From an uncultured archaeon (GTDB lineage: Archaea > Asgardarchaeota > Jordiarchaeia > Jordiarchaeales > Jordiarchaeaceae), in NCBI GenBank assembly GCA_964510585.1, contig CAZECW010000079.1:1-28613 (forward strand): DNA of 28,613 nucleotides, written 5' to 3'. Positions 27,854 through 28,613 of the stretch are shown here, piece after piece. Below the pieces are notes generated by a model that was not told the DNA's origin, searched no databases, and saw nothing but the letters and a program-made list of their open reading frames with translations. Every line of letters starts with the position of its first letter. The first letter of the stretch is position 1. Made by a program: the position numbers and the translations under genes.

Positions 27854-28612
27854 TTATTTTTGAAGTTTGTCCAGTTTTTCAATGAGTTTCATTAATTCCT
27901 TGTAAAGCTTGTCTCTGCGTTTAATGTCCTGTGAGGTTATGGTGCCATCCAATTCTTTTCTGCGTAGTTCCTCTATTTCCATTCGAATTTTAAGAAATCT
28001 GTCCTGGATTTTTTCCACTTCTCTTGTAACTTCTGGTGTGGGCTTCCCCGCTTCCAGTCTTGGTGGTACTCTTGAGAGGCAGAGGCTTGTGTGAATGTAC
28101 TCCTTCTGAACCTCGTCATATTTTGGTTCAATCTTGGCTCTTGCAGTCTCATACTTTGACTCACTAATTTTTCCCGACTCCGCCTGCTGAGTCAAATCTT
28201 CAAGCTGGGAACCAAGCTTGTTAAGTTCCATTTGAAGTTTCTCTTTGCTCCTTTGCAGCTTTGAGATTCTTTTCCGAACCAACCTCTCAGCCTTATCCAA
28301 ATCAATCACCGAAGCAAGAATTAAGGGAAGCGACTCCCTGAAAGTTTGAACGTCACCCCTCCAATTTTGGAGCAGGTCCAAGTGTTGCGACTCAGCTTCG
28401 GCTAAGAAGCTCCGTAGCTTCCTTCTAATCCACTCCTCCTCTTGAGGGGTGTTGCCACAAGTAATGCAGGTTGCCGTTAAAAAGTCTCCGTCTTCCCTTA
28501 TGAAGGTACCAAGCTCAGTTTCCAGTTTTCTTAGACCACCCTTTTGCATCTCACCCATAAATGACTTAACCGCCGACATAAAACCAGAAACCAGCGTCAC
28601 ATCCTGCTCCAT
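27854..28612 (-). CDS. Partial (5' end outside window) paralog of the 673-aa longin/coiled-coil protein
   Basis: The frame is open to the window edge. QDVTLVSGFMSAVKSFMGEM..GGLRKL..E.GTFIRED...LTATCIT is collinear with the 21141..23162 product through to the C-terminal KLDKLQK. Confidence 0.8.
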   Translation of the reverse strand: MEQDVTLVSGFMSAVKSFMGEMQKGGLRKLETELGTFIREDGDFLTATCITCGNTPQEEEWIRRKLRSFLAEAESQHLDLLQNWRGDVQTFRESLPLILASVIDLDKAERLVRKRISKLQRSKEKLQMELNKLGSQLEDLTQQAESGKISESKYETARAKIEPKYDEVQKEYIHTSLCLSRVPPRLEAGKPTPEVTREVEKIQDRFLKIRMEIEELRRKELDGTITSQDIKRRDKLYKELMKLIEKLDKLQK

Positions 28613-28613
28613 C

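Noticed and set aside
1-28613. Selenocysteine or other stop-codon readthrough
   Set aside because: The only in-frame stop inside an apparent gene (420-422) is TAA. The TGA-terminated genes I looked at end at plausible domain boundaries, and no SECIS-like element was recognised.

Overview
Archaeal chromosomal segment. It is most likely from an Asgard archaeon, inferred from two single-pass membrane proteins with cytoplasmic longin-like domains, an archaeal TBP, an archaeal-type iPGM, and GGAGG/GGTGA ribosome-binding sites. Housekeeping genes (multi-OB RPA, TBP, apgM, gamma-carbonic-anhydrase-like protein, amidohydrolase, C_GCAxxG_C_C protein) are mixed with a stand-alone Cas6 with no array or other cas gene in the window, a degenerate KaiC-like/V4R fusion, and a large six-hairpin-glycosidase-like protein. 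Two things stand out. (1) A ~4.1 kb cassette (PrsW-family protease, intact tyrosine recombinase with a C-terminal Zn ribbon, Cys-rich protein) is bracketed by ~155-bp imperfect inverted repeats, each carrying a tandem 11-bp repeat. (2) A cluster of three co-oriented surface glycoproteins includes two paralogs with an ectodomain-TM-longin-double helical hairpin architecture (the second is seen only from the longin onward). No tRNA, rRNA or CRISPR array was found. All family assignments come from motif recognition by eye; no database searches were run.
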